A stretch of DNA of 64,000 nt, taken from assembly GCF_014698825.1 (NCBI RefSeq), contig NZ_JACJTT010000029.1, forward strand, positions 3,797 through 67,796. Direction: 5' to 3'. The first letter of the stretch is position 1. Each line of letters starts with the position of its first letter. Below are positions 10,843-21,170 of this stretch, piece after piece. Source of the stretch: Richelia sinica FACHB-800. GTDB lineage: Bacteria > Cyanobacteriota > Cyanobacteriia > Cyanobacteriales > Nostocaceae. The position numbers were made by a program, and so were the translations under genes. Under the pieces are notes generated by a model. That model ran no database searches. It had not been told where the DNA came from and saw only the letters and a program-made list of their open reading frames with translations.

Positions 10843-10870
10843 GGTGCGTTGAGCTTGGCTATAACGCACC
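10843..10870. repeat. GGTGCGTT-N12-AACGCACC hairpin element (copy 1 of 2)
   Basis: ggtgcgttgagcttggctataacgcacc. A near-identical element with shared gctataacgcacc occurs at 17065..17092, also just 3' of a plus-strand gene. Confidence 0.5.
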
Positions 10871-10958
10871 AATAGCTATAAATATATAAACTTGTTATGA
10901 TAAATTCTGTAAGTCAGTTCCCTTGCCTACCTTTATGTAAATCATTTTAAATGTTTAA

Positions 10959-11501
10959 TTGATTATGCTAACTGCAACAGAATTTTCTGACTTATTTAAC
11001 GAGCGATTCTTCCGTAATTTCTTACCCATTCCTGCCCTAGATAAATTTAGATTAGGAGTAGGTACACCAGATTTTCAATTACCAGATATTACTAATAACA
11101 AAACCCTCAAACTCTCAGATTATCGAGGCAAACAACCTGTTTTACTTGCCTTCACACGCATCTTTACAGAAAAACATTATTGTCCTTTTTGCTATCCCCA
11201 CATCAAAGCTGTCAACGAAAATTACGAAGAATTTACCAAGCAGGGAATAGAAATTTTACTAATTACCAGCACTGACCAACAACAAAGTCAAAAAGTTGTC
11301 AGTGATTTAGGCTTAAAAATGCCATTACTCAGCGATCCTAGTTGTCGAGTCTTCCGTACATATCAAGTAGGACAATCTCTAGGAGCACCTTTACCTGCTC
11401 AATTTGCTTTAGATAAAAATGGTCGGCTTCTCTATCGTCACTTATTTTCTTTTTTCGACCATAACGCTAGTGTAGAAACTTTATTAGCTCAATTTAACTA
11501 A
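10959..11501 (+). CDS. thioredoxin-fold AhpC/TSA-family (redoxin) protein
   Basis: [28 protein letters not shown]...HYCPFCYPH resembles AhpC/TSA redoxins with a CxxC pair. Confidence 0.6.
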   Translation: MIMLTATEFSDLFNERFFRNFLPIPALDKFRLGVGTPDFQLPDITNNKTLKLSDYRGKQPVLLAFTRIFTEKHYCPFCYPHIKAVNENYEEFTKQGIEILLITSTDQQQSQKVVSDLGLKMPLLSDPSCRVFRTYQVGQSLGAPLPAQFALDKNGRLLYRHLFSFFDHNASVETLLAQFN

Positions 11502-11595
11502 TTTCATATCAGAGTTAATTAGTAGGAATAATCAATATTTTGCAATTGCCAACGACTCACTACTAATTAACTCCAAAATTTTTAATAACACAGGA

Positions 11596-12591
11596 TTAAA
11601 AACGAATTTGTTGCAAATGACTGCGGGGGTTGTAAGTGCGGATAGCCCGGAGTTTTTCATAATATTCCCGTTCTTGTTGACTAAGGTCTTTGGGTGGGAC
11701 AATTGCCACCTTTACAAATTGGTCTCCACGTCCACCTTTAGCTACAGGCCAACCCTTACCACGCAAGCGCAGAGATTGACCAGAACGAACTCCCGCAGGT
11801 AATTTGACATTCACACTGCCATCAGGGGTAGGTACATCAATGGAAGCACCTAAAGCGGCTTCATCGGGTGTGATGGGCACTTCACAGACTAAGTTATCAC
11901 CTTCGATTTGGAAGAAAGAATGGGGTTGTAGTTCTACTTTTAAATACAAATCACCTCGTTGTTGAGTCATAGGATTAAATTGACCTTTACCCCGAACCCG
12001 TAAACGAGTACCAGTTTTTGACCCTGCTGGAATGCGGACATCTAGAGTTTCGTTACCTAAACTAAAGCGTTTTTGTACCCCAGCAAAAGCCTCAGCAAAA
12101 GTTAAGGTGATAGTAGCTTCTGTATCTTGACCTGCAACACTGCTAGAATCTTGAAACCCATAATCATTAAATCCACCAAAACCACCAGGAGGTTTACCAG
12201 TGGAAGTGCGATAGGAGTACCCCTGTCTTCCACCACGAGGCGCACCACCACCAAAACGACCTAATAATTCATTGACAAAATCATCAAAACTGCCGTATTG
12301 ACTAAAGTCAAAGCCACCCATGTCAACGCCAGCACCACCAGGGAAGCCTTCTCCTACTTGTTTCCAATATTGACCGAACTGGTCATATTTTTTGCGCTTG
12401 TCTGGGTCTGACAAAACTTCGTAAGCTTCATTAACTTCTTTAAATTTTGCTTCCGCTTGCTTGTTGCCTGGGTTAACATCAGGATGATACTTACGTGCTA
12501 GTTTACGGAAGGCTTGTTTAATATCTTCTGGACTGGCAGTTTTGCTTATTCCTAAAATTGCATAATAGTCTTTAAAGTCTGTTGCAGCCAT
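11596..12591 (-). CDS. DnaJ-domain protein with DnaJ C-terminal domains, no Zn finger (CbpA-like)
   Basis: J domain [36 protein letters not shown]...[14 protein letters not shown] with HPD; Gly/Phe-rich linker; C-terminal DnaJ_C beta domains. Confidence 0.8.
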   Translation of the reverse strand: MAATDFKDYYAILGISKTASPEDIKQAFRKLARKYHPDVNPGNKQAEAKFKEVNEAYEVLSDPDKRKKYDQFGQYWKQVGEGFPGGAGVDMGGFDFSQYGSFDDFVNELLGRFGGGAPRGGRQGYSYRTSTGKPPGGFGGFNDYGFQDSSSVAGQDTEATITLTFAEAFAGVQKRFSLGNETLDVRIPAGSKTGTRLRVRGKGQFNPMTQQRGDLYLKVELQPHSFFQIEGDNLVCEVPITPDEAALGASIDVPTPDGSVNVKLPAGVRSGQSLRLRGKGWPVAKGGRGDQFVKVAIVPPKDLSQQEREYYEKLRAIRTYNPRSHLQQIRF

Positions 12592-12711
12592 CTACCAGCC
12601 TCCTGTAGAAATTTCCGTGATCTTTTTTTCTAAGATATGAGATTTATGGTTTACCTGGTATAGATCCAGGCCAAGAGATTCTGAATTTAAATTAACAAAC
12701 TATCAAGAAAA

Positions 12712-13221
12712 TCAAGTGGGGTTCTTGCTTAAGCCAAAAGCGCAATTCCCGAACTCTCGTAAATGGGGAAAGTGAATCAGCTGGTCTAGTCCCTCTTGTA
12801 AGCTGGGGGGAGCATCTCGCAACTGGCGATACATACGTAAAATAATCTCTTCTGGAACTTGACGACTACGCTGTTTATTCCGTGCTAAACATAGCCAAAC
12901 AGGAGTTCTCACCCAGATGCCTGTAATTTCCTGAAAACCGCAATCTCTAACTAAGGTGATCACCTCCCGGCGGTTTTGACGTTGAGCGTTGGTAGCATCG
13001 AAAATGACGTTATGGTTAGAGGCTATGGCTTGTTGAAATTGTCGCTGTATTTCTTGCCAAATCAACAGCCACGGCCCCTGTATGGCTTCCGACCCAAACA
13101 GTTGCCCCCGGATGGCATCGGTAGAAATGAGTTGCATCTGGGGGCATGTTGCTTGTAATTGTTTTGCCAATGTTGACTTACCGCTACCAGGAAGACCAAT
13201 TAGCAAAAGTAGTTTAGTCAT
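12712..13221 (-). CDS. P-loop NTPase / AAA_33-type kinase
   Basis: Walker A LIGLPGSGKSTLAKQL at N-terminus; 169 aa. Confidence 0.6.
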   Translation of the reverse strand: MTKLLLLIGLPGSGKSTLAKQLQATCPQMQLISTDAIRGQLFGSEAIQGPWLLIWQEIQRQFQQAIASNHNVIFDATNAQRQNRREVITLVRDCGFQEITGIWVRTPVWLCLARNKQRSRQVPEEIILRMYRQLRDAPPSLQEGLDQLIHFPHLREFGNCAFGLSKNPT

Positions 13222-13230
13222 TAGGAATTA

Positions 13231-13305
13231 GGTGACAGGTGACAGGTGACAGGTGACAGTTAATAGTTTTTACCAATCACCAATTACCAATTACTAATTA
13301 CCAAC
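13231..13305. repeat. STRR-type heptamer tandem repeats: (GGTGACA)x4, then (CCAATTA)-like x4
   Basis: ggtgacaggtgacaggtgacaggtgacag ... ccaatcaccaattaccaattactaattaccaa in the 3'-3' spacer between two minus-strand genes. Confidence 0.85.
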
Positions 13306-13307
13306 GA

Positions 13308-14597
13308 CTAGATGATTGTGCCATCAGGGATAACGGCGTTTTTGAGTACGACAACGATACCGCTACGGATGTAGAAGCCTTGATTTTCCCGTTCTGCTTC
13401 TTGGACATTATCTTTGTTGATAATTTTCACATCGTGACCAATGCGGGCATTTTTATCAATGATGGCACGACGAATAATGGTGTCAGAACCAATGCCGACG
13501 GGAATATCATCTTTATCAACGTTGGATTTGGATTCTAGGGCAGCTTGGTAGAAATCTGCACCCATGAGTAGGGATTCTTCTATGATGCAGCCAGATTCAA
13601 TCCGCGATCGCACTCCCAACACAGAATGTTGAATTCGGCAGTTTTTCAGGATACAGCCTTCGCCAATAATTGATTCTGTGATTTGGCAGTCCAACAGTTT
13701 GGATGGTGGTAAATAACGAGGGCGGGTATAAATAGGCGCTTCTTCGTGATAGAAGCTAAAGGGTGGACGTGGTTGCTGAGTCAGAGCTAAATTAGCTTCA
13801 TAAAAGGCTTCGATGGTACCGATATCTTCCCAATAGTCATCGAATAAGTAGGCTTGAACATTGTATTTATTAGCGGCATCGGGGATAATTTCTTTTCCAA
13901 AATCAGTGCGTTCTAAAGATTCTTTCAACAATTTGATCAAAACATCTTTTTTAAAGACATAAATCCCCATGGAGGCGATGTAGGGCTGTAATTGAGCTTG
14001 TTCTTTCGTCAAACCCAACACAGTAGTATCAACGCGCATTTGTTGCAGAGCTTCGCCTTTGGGCTTTTCGCTAAAAGCTACAACTCGCCCTGAGTCGTCG
14101 ATTTTCATTAAACCAAAATCTGAGGCCCGGCGATCGTCTATGGGAATTACAGACAGGGTAATATCCGCATTAGTTTCTCTGTGACGTTGGACAAACAACC
14201 GGTAGTCCATACGATACAGGTGATCACCTGAGAGAATTAGAAATTCATCTACATCCCATTCTTCCAATAGCCATATATACTGACGTACCGCATCAGCCGT
14301 GCCTTGGAACCAGTTGGGGTTTTCAGGAGTTTGCTGTGCCGCTAGCACTTCTACAAACCCTTCACTAAAGCCACTGAAATTGTAGGTACGGGCAATATGA
14401 CGGTTCAGAGAGGCAGAGTTAAACTGTGTGAGAACGTAGATTTTAAAGATTTCTGAATTAATACAATTGCTGACAGGGATATCAATTAAACGGTATTTAC
14501 CCGCTACAGGTACAGCAGGTTTTGCTCGGAGTTTAGTTAACGGATAAAGGCGCGTTCCTGCGCCACCACCCAAAATAATTGCTAAAACTTTTTTCAC
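13308..14597 (-). CDS. glgC: glucose-1-phosphate adenylyltransferase (ADP-glucose pyrophosphorylase)
   Basis: N-terminal [43 protein letters not shown]; 429 aa; C-terminal left-handed beta-helix. Confidence 0.92.
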   Translation of the reverse strand: MKKVLAIILGGGAGTRLYPLTKLRAKPAVPVAGKYRLIDIPVSNCINSEIFKIYVLTQFNSASLNRHIARTYNFSGFSEGFVEVLAAQQTPENPNWFQGTADAVRQYIWLLEEWDVDEFLILSGDHLYRMDYRLFVQRHRETNADITLSVIPIDDRRASDFGLMKIDDSGRVVAFSEKPKGEALQQMRVDTTVLGLTKEQAQLQPYIASMGIYVFKKDVLIKLLKESLERTDFGKEIIPDAANKYNVQAYLFDDYWEDIGTIEAFYEANLALTQQPRPPFSFYHEEAPIYTRPRYLPPSKLLDCQITESIIGEGCILKNCRIQHSVLGVRSRIESGCIIEESLLMGADFYQAALESKSNVDKDDIPVGIGSDTIIRRAIIDKNARIGHDVKIINKDNVQEAERENQGFYIRSGIVVVLKNAVIPDGTII

Positions 14598-15037
14598 AAA
14601 ATAGTCTCCCGACTGCCATCAACTCTCACCTTCAGTTTAGGACTATGAGTGGCAGCTGATAAGGGGGGAGAGGAAATTCTTACGGAGGATTTTTATCGTA
14701 GCAGGTGAAGCGGCTCATTCAGAACATATGTATTAATTATAGATGAGTAACTGATAGGCCATGCTTTTGAATAAGCTTCTCCAACTTGGTTTATTTATAC
14801 TTCTAAAGTTGTAACTCCAGCCTATGGATAGATGAAATAGCGATCGCATTCCTATAGATTAAACGGGGATGTCTACTTCAGCACCAAGATACCTAGAGGC
14901 TTGGTTCAGCCAAGCCCTTTTATTCTTATTTACCTTTCCCTTCTCCTCCCCAGCAAAATCAACCTAACGTGACATTTAACGGTAAACTCATATATTGCGA
15001 TATATAAACTTTACCGTCAGGACTGGAGAACACAACC

Positions 15038-15679
15038 TTGGGCATAGAACTACGCAGTTTCGTATTTCTAGACAACCTACAGCCTCAACACGCCGCGTAT
15101 ATGGGAACAGTAGCCCAAGGTTTCTTACCATTACCAGGGGACACTTCCCTATGGATTGAAATTTCTCCAGGTATAGAAATTAATCGAATTACCGATGTGG
15201 CTTTAAAATCAGCTTCAGTTCGTCCTGGGGTGCAAATAGTTGAGCGACTTTATGGTCTATTAGAGGTACATTCTAGCTCTCAAGGTGAGACAAGAGCAGC
15301 TGGACAAGCAATTTTAGCCACATTAGGCGTGAGAAAAGAGGAATGTATTAAACCTCGTGTGGTTTCTAGCCAAATTATCCGCAATATTGATGCTTATCAG
15401 ACCCAACTGATTAACCGGACTAGGAGAGGACAGTTATTACTAGCAGGACAAACCCTGTATGTCTTGGAAGTGGAACCTGCTGCTTACGCTGCACTCGCTG
15501 CTAATGAAGCAGAAAAAGCCGCAGCAATTAATATCTTGGAAGTACAAGCTGTAGGTAGTTTTGGCAGGTTGTATTTGGGTGGGCAAGAACGAGATATTTT
15601 GGCGGGTGCAGCGGGGGCTTTAACTGCTATTGAAAATGTCCCTGGTCGGGAAAACCCCCAAAATAAGCGTCAGGAATAA
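15038..15679 (+). CDS. ccmP: tandem BMC-domain carboxysome shell protein, CcmP-like
   Basis: 213 aa with two degenerate BMC domains ([21 protein letters not shown]...; [28 protein letters not shown]...[26 protein letters not shown]). Size and sequence recall CcmP of Synechococcus elongatus (also 213 aa). Located away from any ccmKLMN locus. Confidence 0.6.
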   Translation: MGIELRSFVFLDNLQPQHAAYMGTVAQGFLPLPGDTSLWIEISPGIEINRITDVALKSASVRPGVQIVERLYGLLEVHSSSQGETRAAGQAILATLGVRKEECIKPRVVSSQIIRNIDAYQTQLINRTRRGQLLLAGQTLYVLEVEPAAYAALAANEAEKAAAINILEVQAVGSFGRLYLGGQERDILAGAAGALTAIENVPGRENPQNKRQE

Positions 15680-15689
15680 AGGAGAGGAA

Positions 15690-16499
15690 ATGGCTAACTT
15701 AGACCATCTAGCTTTACTCAAAGCAGGTGCAGTGACTTGGGTGGAATGGAGAAAGCAAAATCCCCAAGTAGAACTAGACCTCAGCACTGCTAACCTGCAA
15801 GGGGAAAATCTCCGCGGGGCAAATCTCCAAGGGGTAAATTTAAGCAAGGTAGATTTAAGTTATGCTTTGCTGGTGCGAACTAATTTGATGGACGCAAATC
15901 TCAGCAGTGCCAACCTTTCCCACACTAAATTAATTGAGGCAAATTTAAGTAGAGTTAATTTCAGTCTTGCTAAATTGAGTCATGCAGTCCTAAGCAATGC
16001 AGATTTGAGCAAAGCGAATTTAATTGGTGCTGATTTGAGCGAGAGTAATTTACAGGGTGCTGTAATTACGGATGCTAATTTAATTGGTACTGATTTACGA
16101 GATGCATATTTAAAATATGCCGACTTGGGAGCGGCCCAACTCATTCGCAGTAACTTGAGTTTTGCAAACTTGATCGAAACAAATTTCATCGGAGCTGATT
16201 TAAGTGAAGCTAATTTATATGAAGCCGAAATGATGAAGGCTCATTTATACAAAGCTAATTTGCATAAGGCAAATCTAGCAAAGGCTCATTTAGGTGGTGC
16301 ATATCTTTTCAGGGCTAATTTGACTGAAGCTAACTTGATAGAAGCTGATTTAAGTTGGACTAATTTACGAGGCGCTAATTTAGGTGGGGCTAATTTAGGT
16401 GGAGCTAACCTCAGAGGGACAAATCTTCACGGTGCAAACCTCAATGGAGCAAATCTTACAGGTGCAATTATGCCCGATGGCTCAAGAGTTGATGAATGA
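15690..16499 (+). CDS. pentapeptide-repeat protein
   Basis: About 50 consecutive A(D/N)LxxA(N/D)Lxx pentapeptides. The internal ATG at 15690 is preceded by AGGAGAGG. The ORF-track start at 15630 is a TTG that overlaps ccmP. Confidence 0.85.
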   Translation: MANLDHLALLKAGAVTWVEWRKQNPQVELDLSTANLQGENLRGANLQGVNLSKVDLSYALLVRTNLMDANLSSANLSHTKLIEANLSRVNFSLAKLSHAVLSNADLSKANLIGADLSESNLQGAVITDANLIGTDLRDAYLKYADLGAAQLIRSNLSFANLIETNFIGADLSEANLYEAEMMKAHLYKANLHKANLAKAHLGGAYLFRANLTEANLIEADLSWTNLRGANLGGANLGGANLRGTNLHGANLNGANLTGAIMPDGSRVDE

Positions 16500-16682
16500 G
16501 AGATTTATCTCTTTATACAACTCTCATCGCTAGCAAGGAATTATTGTAAAGTTTTGTAGATTGGAAGTAACTCTCCATTCAAATGGAGATTATAGGATGA
16601 ATATCAAAGGAGTTTCGACCACTTGATAAAAACAATACTTATTAATTCTAGAGCAGCATTATTTTGGATGATTTTGTAAAAA

Positions 16683-16699
16683 TCTGCCATGATGGCAGA
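16683..16699. promoter_or_regulatory. perfect 8+1+8 palindrome TCTGCCAT-G-ATGGCAGA upstream of the HMA chaperone gene
   Basis: Read directly; about 145 nt upstream of 16842. Candidate operator site. Confidence 0.35.
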
Positions 16700-16841
16700 A
16701 AAATTTGTCAATAGTGCTATTAACCTACAACTAAGTATTGAGCTTGCAGCTATTATCAAATGGCTATCTCCTGAATTTCCAGCAATGGAGAGATAGTTTC
16801 AGGTTTTATCTGAATTTGTTGTTCATCCGCTTGTTAAAACT

Positions 16842-17036
16842 ATGACTATTCAACTTACTGTTCCCGGTATGGCCTGTTCTACTTGCGCCAACAATATTAC
16901 TAATGCAGTGAAAAGTTTGGATGCTAATGCTCATGTGGAAGCTGACCCAAAAACCAAATTGGTGAATATCGATACTCAAGTTTCAGAAACAGCAATTAAG
17001 GAAGCTTTGGTTGCGGCTGGTTATCCACCTGTGTAA
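16842..17036 (+). CDS. heavy-metal-associated (HMA) domain copper chaperone, CopZ/Atx1-like
   Basis: 64 aa with GMACSTC (MxCxxC) metal-binding motif and ferredoxin-like fold pattern. Confidence 0.8.
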   Translation: MTIQLTVPGMACSTCANNITNAVKSLDANAHVEADPKTKLVNIDTQVSETAIKEALVAAGYPPV

Positions 17037-17064
17037 ATTATGCTGCTCTAAATAACCTGTGATT

Positions 17065-17092
17065 GGTGCGTTAGTTGTTGCTATAACGCACC
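17065..17092. repeat. GGTGCGTT-N11-TAACGCACC hairpin element (copy 2 of 2)
   Basis: ggtgcgttagttgttgctataacgcacc, 9-bp perfect stem, directly after the HMA gene stop. Confidence 0.5.
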
Positions 17093-17353
17093 CTGCAATT
17101 ACATCTAAAATTTAATCAATTTACATAGAAACTATATTTTTTAACATAGTAAATACTTTGTCTCTACAGATATAAAAAGTAACAGTACAGAAAGCCTTCC
17201 TGTGTCTAGATTTTAGTGTTAGCGAATGTGCTAATTGACTTGTCTATAGCTATAAATTGAATATTTCTGATTCTCGTACTGAAAATGACTGTTTTTCTGG
17301 GTTGTTCATGATAGGTCTAGATCAGCCGATTCACTACTAGTGAAACCCTACAA

Positions 17354-18442
17354 ATGAAGGTCAACTCAGATAATTTTAACTCGAATCGTAAACCCAAAAA
17401 TTTTCATAATCCAGAGCGTTTTGTGGAAGGATGGTATTGGGTAATACCTTCTCAAGATTTGCGGGTTGGTGAAGTGAAACCTGTGACAATTATGGGGAGA
17501 GAACTAGTTGTTTATCGTGGTGAAGATAAAAGAGCAGTGATTTTTGATGCTTACTGTCCCCATATGGGCGCTCATTTTGCTGAGGGCAGAGTAGAAGGAA
17601 ATGAATTACGCTGTTTTTTTCATCACTGGAAATTTGATCAGGAAGGAATATGTGTTGATGTTCCTTGCGCGGAGGAACCACCAGCTTTAAAAACCAAAAC
17701 TTGGCCGAGTGCTGAACAATATGGCCTGATTTGGGTTTGGACTGGGGAGAGTCCACAACAACCTTTACCGTTTATTCCTGAATGGGAAAATCGAGATTAT
17801 GAGGTGAGTATTGGTAATAAATTTGTGAGCAATTGTCATCCCCATGGTTTATTAATTAACGCTATCGATACTCAACATTGGAATACAGTACGGAAATTAC
17901 CTTTAAAAATTTTGTTTGAGAAGCAAGAGTTAAATTACAATGCCATAATTTTTCAGAATATTACACAAATTTGGGAAATCTCCAGTTGGGGAAGATTGAT
18001 TCAACGTTTTTATAAAAGTCCAATTATCTATAGTATTTGTTATTGGTTTGGTGCTAATAGTATCGTTTCCCTGGGAACTAATTTTATCCATTTCCATTTG
18101 ATGTTTGTGACGCGGATGCTGTCTGAGGGGAGAACAGAAGGCAGAATTTTATTTATGGTTAGGAAGCACAATGGAATACTGGGATGGATAGGAAATAAAG
18201 TTTTATTGTGCTTATTAAAGAAAGTAAGTTATTATTTCGTCAGTCACAGCCAGACAATGTTACCAAAGGTGAGTTTTGAAGTGAAAACTCCCATTCAAGC
18301 TGATCAATCTATTGTGCAATTTATTAATCATCTAGAAAGACAAAAACCAATTAAGTGGCAGAGTTGGAATTTGGCGCGATCGCTAGAAACAGAAATGAGA
18401 GATAATCGTGAGAAGCGCCGTGATGAGTCGGTGAATGATTAA
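17354..18442 (+). CDS. Rieske [2Fe-2S] domain protein (Rieske non-haem oxygenase-like)
   Basis: CPHMGAHFAEG...CFFHHWKF gives the CxH-X17-CxxH Rieske motif in the N-terminal 110 aa. The C-terminal half is poorly conserved and Ile/Phe-rich. Confidence 0.65.
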   Translation: MKVNSDNFNSNRKPKNFHNPERFVEGWYWVIPSQDLRVGEVKPVTIMGRELVVYRGEDKRAVIFDAYCPHMGAHFAEGRVEGNELRCFFHHWKFDQEGICVDVPCAEEPPALKTKTWPSAEQYGLIWVWTGESPQQPLPFIPEWENRDYEVSIGNKFVSNCHPHGLLINAIDTQHWNTVRKLPLKILFEKQELNYNAIIFQNITQIWEISSWGRLIQRFYKSPIIYSICYWFGANSIVSLGTNFIHFHLMFVTRMLSEGRTEGRILFMVRKHNGILGWIGNKVLLCLLKKVSYYFVSHSQTMLPKVSFEVKTPIQADQSIVQFINHLERQKPIKWQSWNLARSLETEMRDNREKRRDESVND

Positions 18443-18615
18443 TTGTCAAAAAGCAATAAAAATGAAGTGGCTTGGCCACTTCATCAATTCCCAGGTAGAA
18501 CCTTAAGAATGAGTATAACGACTAAGAAAATTAAAAATAGTATAAATTTACACTAATTTTTCAGAACAAATGTTTTCCTAATCATTGAGAGTGAGTAGAT
18601 GTAGAACTGCGGTTT

Positions 18616-19467
18616 TTAAGTTGGGGTTTGAGAAATTTCTGTAATTAAATTGTCTAATTCTTGCTGCATTTTTGCCTGGACTAACTTATAGCATTCGTTA
18701 ACATAGGAGCGATCGCTTGCTGCTTCCCGTCCATACCGTTCAAAGACAATAGGTGGACAAACTCTGGTGTACATGGGTACTGGCAAAGGGATATTAGGCA
18801 AAGGGCCAATACCTAAGCCCCAAGGTAGTCCGAGATAAATTGGAAAGACTAAAGGGTCTACTCCAAATAACCAAGGCATCCCCCATTTGTGCAGTTGTTG
18901 AACAATTTTGTATAAGTCGGCCAGGATAATTAGTGTATCGTGCGCTCCCCAAGAAATCGCCGGGACAATAGGCACATTTTCCCGCAAGGCTAGTTTGATA
19001 AATCCTTGTCTGTGGGCAAAATAGATTTTGTCCCGCATCGCGTAGGGACGAAAAACATCTTCTGCACCACCTGGATAAACTAACACACTAGCGCCAGCTT
19101 TAAAAGCCGCATGAGCCATTTTCGGATGGGCTATAACAGCACCTCCTTTCATGGCTAATTCTGCCGCTTGGGGGAGAACTTCCCAGACTTTTGGGTGCAT
19201 CAAACCATAAATGGGTTTTTCTGGGCCAAAACGACGTATCCAGTCGTATAGCATCATTGATGTATCTGGAGAAGCTAACCCACCATTGTGAGACCCAACA
19301 AATAGAACTTTTTCGTCGGGGATATTTTCCCAACCGCTAGTGTGAACACGAAAATAGAAGTTATAGATAAAGCCTAAAATAGGCATCATAGCTGAAATGA
19401 ACTTTGGATCTCGTCGGTCTAAAGTCCATCCTAGTTTTTTGTTTTGGGGATGTTGAGTTGTTAACAT
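18616..19467 (-). CDS. lysophospholipid/glycerol-3-phosphate acyltransferase (PlsC-like) family protein
   Basis: HNGGLASPD (HX4D-like) and VYPGGAED blocks characteristic of PlsC-family acyltransferases; 283 aa. Confidence 0.5.
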   Translation of the reverse strand: MLTTQHPQNKKLGWTLDRRDPKFISAMMPILGFIYNFYFRVHTSGWENIPDEKVLFVGSHNGGLASPDTSMMLYDWIRRFGPEKPIYGLMHPKVWEVLPQAAELAMKGGAVIAHPKMAHAAFKAGASVLVYPGGAEDVFRPYAMRDKIYFAHRQGFIKLALRENVPIVPAISWGAHDTLIILADLYKIVQQLHKWGMPWLFGVDPLVFPIYLGLPWGLGIGPLPNIPLPVPMYTRVCPPIVFERYGREAASDRSYVNECYKLVQAKMQQELDNLITEISQTPT

Positions 19468-19669
19468 CGAGGCATTTTATCAGGATTGATCAGTATGAAA
19501 CAATCCGGTTGTTTGCAGTTTTATGTCAATAAATTAGCTAACCAGTCCTATCAATAAATGGAATTAGGACTTTTTCGGTGAATTTTGCGTTTTAGTGGCA
19601 TTTTTGCCCAACAAGTTTGATGATGGGCTAAATGATGAAGTCAGGATTACAGTGATGTAAAGTTCCTAC

Positions 19670-19891
19670 CTAATATAAAATTGTACCACTATTATTACTA
19701 TAAGCTTTTACAACTTCATTACCTTGAACACCTGCACCAAATGGATTTGATGGCTGTACATTGGGAAAGCCTTGACCCAATACATCAGCCATTTGACCTA
19801 AACTGAATGATGTTTGTCCGCCTTGAAAAATATCTTGTTCGGCTATGGATAAATCTCTTAATATCTGGGGTTTAACATTTTTTTCGTGCAT
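19670..19891 (-). CDS. small peptide with double-glycine-type leader (LSIAEQDIFQGG)
   Basis: MHEKNVKPQILRDLSIAEQDIFQGG|QTSF...; leader fits LSxxELxxIxGG except Q at -7; Gly-rich core. Confidence 0.35.
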   Translation of the reverse strand: MHEKNVKPQILRDLSIAEQDIFQGGQTSFSLGQMADVLGQGFPNVQPSNPFGAGVQGNEVVKAYSNNSGTILY

Positions 19892-20127
19892 AATAAATAT
19901 CTTCTCTGGGGTTGTTTGCTAATTCAGTAATCTATTTTAGATTTTGTCTATTATTGAGCTATACATCTGTAGATATAAAATCTGGTTATTAGTTCTTGTT
20001 TTGGTTTTTTTAACTTTTGCTCAGGGACGGTTTGGCTTATATAATATAAAGAAATATTGCTAAGATAAATGACCTTTTTGCTTATTTTACTATTTTATTA
20101 ATTGTCAATTTTCATAATCAGAGGAAA

Positions 20128-20448
20128 TTAACTATAAACTGGTAGTGGTAGGGGAATAGTAATATTGATAGCATTTTTAACGTTTGGTTTTGTTCTTGGA
20201 GATGGTTCAATCGGGTTTAAGCGAGGTAGTTTAGTAGCAGGTAAAGTGGGAGCAAAAGGAGTCATTCCATAAGCCTGATAATTTCCTGGTAGTGGTAGGC
20301 TATTGCTGGTTAATTGGGGTTGAGTATTATCAATAATATTTACAGCGATAGGTTCTGAAACATCTGTTGAACCACCCAATATATGAGCAGCAGTTTGATT
20401 ATTGAGTTCAATGAATAAATCTTCTATGTTGTTGGAAAAATTGGACAT
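20128..20448 (-). CDS. hypothetical small protein with GG motif after N-terminal helix, Pro-rich C-terminus
   Basis: MSNFSNNIEDLFIELNNQTAAHILGG|STD...; weaker match to GG-leader consensus; same strand and 236 nt from the previous gene. Confidence 0.3.
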   Translation of the reverse strand: MSNFSNNIEDLFIELNNQTAAHILGGSTDVSEPIAVNIIDNTQPQLTSNSLPLPGNYQAYGMTPFAPTLPATKLPRLNPIEPSPRTKPNVKNAINITIPLPLPVYS

Positions 20449-20801
20449 TATTAGCGAATTATTTTGATGATTACCATTGTCAGAATACAGGAAATAAATT
20501 CATTCCAGTATGAATCTAGAGAGGTAATTATCTGGTGGGGTAAATCAGAGATTTTTTCAGACTATTTAGAGAAAAATGGTAGTGGTAATTTTATAGCTAC
20601 TATCTTTAGTTATAAATTGGTTTGCTATCAGTTATAAACTATTGTGCATTTAATTTATCTAAGTCCAATGAGCAAGATGACAGTACGACAAGACTTAACT
20701 ATATAAGAATGAGCAAATTTAGCTGCGTAACAGCTTAAAATGCTATAGCTATCCTGTGGTAAATTACTCACAAATTCTCAATAACGGCTATTTTTCCTCA
20801 G

Positions 20802-21167
20802 ATGGAATATGAACATGCACTTCTCACTATTGGTACAGTGAATTTTGATAAATTAGTATATTTTTATACTCAAATTTTAGAAAAACCACCAATTAATTTA
20901 ATTGCGGGTGTATACGCTGAGTTTGAAATTGTGAATCTCAGATTAGGAATTTTTAAACCCAAAGCTAGATATGAATCAGAATTTGCAGTTAATGACCGAA
21001 GTCCGCTAAGTTTGTGTTTAGAAGTGAGTAATTTACAGGATGCGATCGCTCATCTTCAGTCTTTAGGCTATCCACCACCGGGAGAAATCAGCCACGCCTC
21101 CCATGGTCAAGAAATTTATGCCTACGACCCAGACGGTAACAGATTAATTTTACATCAATCAAACTAA
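20802..21167 (+). CDS. VOC (glyoxalase/bleomycin-resistance/dioxygenase) family protein
   Basis: 121 aa; beta-alpha-beta(3) pattern and C-terminal GQEIYAYDPDGNRLIL typical of the VOC fold. Confidence 0.6.
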   Translation: MEYEHALLTIGTVNFDKLVYFYTQILEKPPINLIAGVYAEFEIVNLRLGIFKPKARYESEFAVNDRSPLSLCLEVSNLQDAIAHLQSLGYPPPGEISHASHGQEIYAYDPDGNRLILHQSN

Positions 21168-21170
21168 ACA

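Noticed and set aside
13231-13305. Tandem heptamer repeats considered as a possible CRISPR array
   Set aside because: Units are 7 nt with no spacers and no nearby cas genes; they are classic cyanobacterial STRR repeats. No CRISPR array was found in the window.
15630-15689. ORF-track start ([14 protein letters not shown]...) for the pentapeptide-repeat gene, overlapping the ccmP end
   Set aside because: An internal ATG at 15690 has a strong AGGAGAGG RBS, and the pentapeptide repeats begin right after it, so the TTG extension is probably not translated. My manual nucleotide reading of this stretch also disagreed with the track by one base, so the exact start is uncertain.
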